DNA of 48,329 nucleotides from Candidatus Omnitrophota bacterium (GTDB lineage Bacteria; Omnitrophota; Gorgyraeia; Aquiviventales; Aquiviventaceae): NCBI GenBank assembly GCA_016206685.1, contig JACQRB010000056.1, positions 1 to 48,329 of the forward strand, read 5' to 3'. Shown piece by piece: positions 46,603 to 48,329 of this stretch (position 1 is its first letter; each line of letters starts with the position of its first letter). The notes under the pieces were generated by a model. It saw only the letters and a program-made list of their open reading frames with translations, ran no database searches and was not told where the DNA came from. The position numbers and the translations under genes were made by a program.

Positions 46603-47236
46603 CGCCTCCCGCGTGAAGCGGTATTTTGAGCGCGTGACCGTTGGGTTCGACCGCATCTACGACTCCGATCGCTCATCGCTCAAGGGGATGATCAATCGCT
46701 GGCGTCGCCGGAGCATGTTTGAGCGGTTCCGCGTCACGGTGGAGGTCTGCGGGGACGTCCGCGGCAAGCGGGTCCTGGACATCGGCTGCGGGTCCGGCCG
46801 GTACAGCGTGGAGCTCGCCCGGCGAGGAGCCGAGGTGGTCGGCGTGGATTTTTCCCAACCCATGCTCGATCTGGCGGCGCGCGCGGCCGAGGCGGCCGGC
46901 GTGGCCGGGCGCTGCCGATTTCTCCACGGCGAGATCCTCCAACTGGCGTTTGCGCAGCGCTTCGACATCAGCCTGGCAATCGGCGTGTTCGACTACACCG
47001 ACGATCCTCACCCCCTGCTCCAGAAGATGCGCGAGCTGACCTGCGGGACGCTGATTGCCAGCTTTCCCGTGCGGGCGCATCCGCTCGCCTTGGTTCGGAA
47101 GCTGCGGTTGTTCCTGGCGGGCTGCCCGGTCCGCTTCTATACCCGCGCGCAGGTTGAGCGTCTCCTCCGGTGGCCCGGCTCGCGGGCGGGCCTGCAGACC
47201 TTGGGCCGGGATTACCTGGCCGTCGTGCATGGGTGA
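46592..47236 (+). CDS. Class I SAM-dependent methyltransferase
   Basis: VLDIGCGSGR, GVDFSQPML, GVFDY. Confidence 0.88.
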   Translation: MATDASRVKRYFERVTVGFDRIYDSDRSSLKGMINRWRRRSMFERFRVTVEVCGDVRGKRVLDIGCGSGRYSVELARRGAEVVGVDFSQPMLDLAARAAEAAGVAGRCRFLHGEILQLAFAQRFDISLAIGVFDYTDDPHPLLQKMRELTCGTLIASFPVRAHPLALVRKLRLFLAGCPVRFYTRAQVERLLRWPGSRAGLQTLGRDYLAVVHG

Positions 47237-47248
47237 CGGAGCCGGCTC

Positions 47249-48329
47249 ATGAAGATCATCCTCGCGGTGGGGCTCGCGATGGCGGTGGCCCTGATCGGCT
47301 CGCTCGTCTTGACGCCGTGGCTGCGCCGAGTGGCCCTGGCCGTGCGGTTGCTGGACCGCCCGAATCGGCGCAAGATCCACAAAGATCCGGTTCCCAAGCT
47401 GGGAGGGGTCGCGGTCTTCCTGGCATGGCTGATCGCGGTGGGATTTGCCGGCGCGTGGACCCTCATGCGCGACACGGCCTTCATGGCCAGGATCGCTCCC
47501 GTCATCGCGGCGGGGGCGTGCGGCGTCCTGCTCGGGCTGTGGGACGATGCGCGAGACCTGTCGGGGAGATGGAAGCTCTTCGGCCAGCTTCTGATCGGCT
47601 TGCTCCTGGTCTTGGGCGGCGTGCAGATCGATCGGATCTCCAATCCGTTCGGGGGAGAGATCGTGTTTCCCGAGTGGCTCAGCATGAGCGTGACGTTGCT
47701 GTGGGTCGCGGGGATGATGAACGCGGTCAATCTCATTGATGGGCTTGATGGGTTGGCGGCGGGGGTGGTCGCGATCGCGTCCGTGGGGTTGGTGGCGGCC
47801 GGTTTCCATGCGCAGAATTTCTTCTCGATCGTCGTGTTTGCCGCGTTGGCGGGAGCCTGCGCCGGGTTTTTGGTCTATAATTTTTTCCCGGCCAGGATCT
47901 TTCTCGGGGACGCCGGCAGCCAATTTCTCGGGGTGGTCCTGGCCGCCGCGCCGCTGGTGGATTTTCCGTATAAGTCGGCGACGGCGGTCGCGCTGCTCAT
48001 TCCGCTGACCTCGTTGGCCCTTCCCATCTACGACACGTGGTTGGCCCTCCTCAGGCGTTTGCTGGGACGGCGGTCCGTTTTTCGAGCCGACAAGTACCAC
48101 CTCCATCATCGCCTGCTCAAAATGGGGCTGTCGCATCGCCAGGTGGTGTTGTTCCTCTATCTGGTCTCGGGATATTTAAGCTGCGTGGCCTTCATGTTTG
48201 TGCTCATTGATGAGCGCTACGCAATCGTGCTGTTGGTGTTGCTCGCCCTGGGCTTGTTGATGGGGATGCGGACCCTGCGGTTCGTTGAGTTTCGCTTGCG
48301 CATGCGCTATCGCAGGGGATTCGCCAAGA
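47249..48329 (+). CDS. MraY/WecA-family undecaprenyl-phosphate sugar-1-phosphate transferase (runs off window)
   Basis: Not in ORF track; manual translation LDRPNRRKIHKDPVPKLGG, GLWDD, NAVNLIDGLDGLA, YNFFPARIFLGDAGS, ADKYHLHHRL. Confidence 0.93.
   Translation, partial: MKIILAVGLAMAVALIGSLVLTPWLRRVALAVRLLDRPNRRKIHKDPVPKLGGVAVFLAWLIAVGFAGAWTLMRDTAFMARIAPVIAAGACGVLLGLWDDARDLSGRWKLFGQLLIGLLLVLGGVQIDRISNPFGGEIVFPEWLSMSVTLLWVAGMMNAVNLIDGLDGLAAGVVAIASVGLVAAGFHAQNFFSIVVFAALAGACAGFLVYNFFPARIFLGDAGSQFLGVVLAAAPLVDFPYKSATAVALLIPLTSLALPIYDTWLALLRRLLGRRSVFRADKYHLHHRLLKMGLSHRQVVLFLYLVSGYLSCVAFMFVLIDERYAIVLLVLLALGLLMGMRTLRFVEFRLRMRYRRGFAK

Overview
GC-rich bacterial chromosomal window. The lineage cannot be fixed from sequence alone; the gene mix loosely suggests a PVC-group organism such as Omnitrophota (inference). 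Left to right: partial leuC, DUF502 plus a livKHMGF branched-chain amino-acid ABC transporter and dedA, a stand-alone cytochrome c oxidase subunit III/IV pair, an ICMT-family methyltransferase, a delta-9-type fatty acid desaturase and a divergent sigma70-like gene. At 11797-15360 is an AT-richer IS1595-family element with 25-bp imperfect terminal inverted repeats and an exact 8-bp target duplication. It carries two toxin-antitoxin modules (Panacea/PemK-like and RHH/RelE), a lipoprotein and a small basic protein whose gene shares a palindrome with the transposase promoter. Next come a MerR-ExeA-GspC-like-secretin-TPR-giant coiled-coil operon, an Ig-repeat surface protein, and a ~22-kb Wzx/Wzy polysaccharide locus rich in methyltransferases that runs off the right end. 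The most unusual signal is an unannotated structured repeat of ~110-130 bp present twice (7722-7853 and 17222-17329). The second copy appears to interrupt the secretin signal-peptide region, and removing it precisely restores the reading frame. No rRNA, tRNA or CRISPR array was seen.
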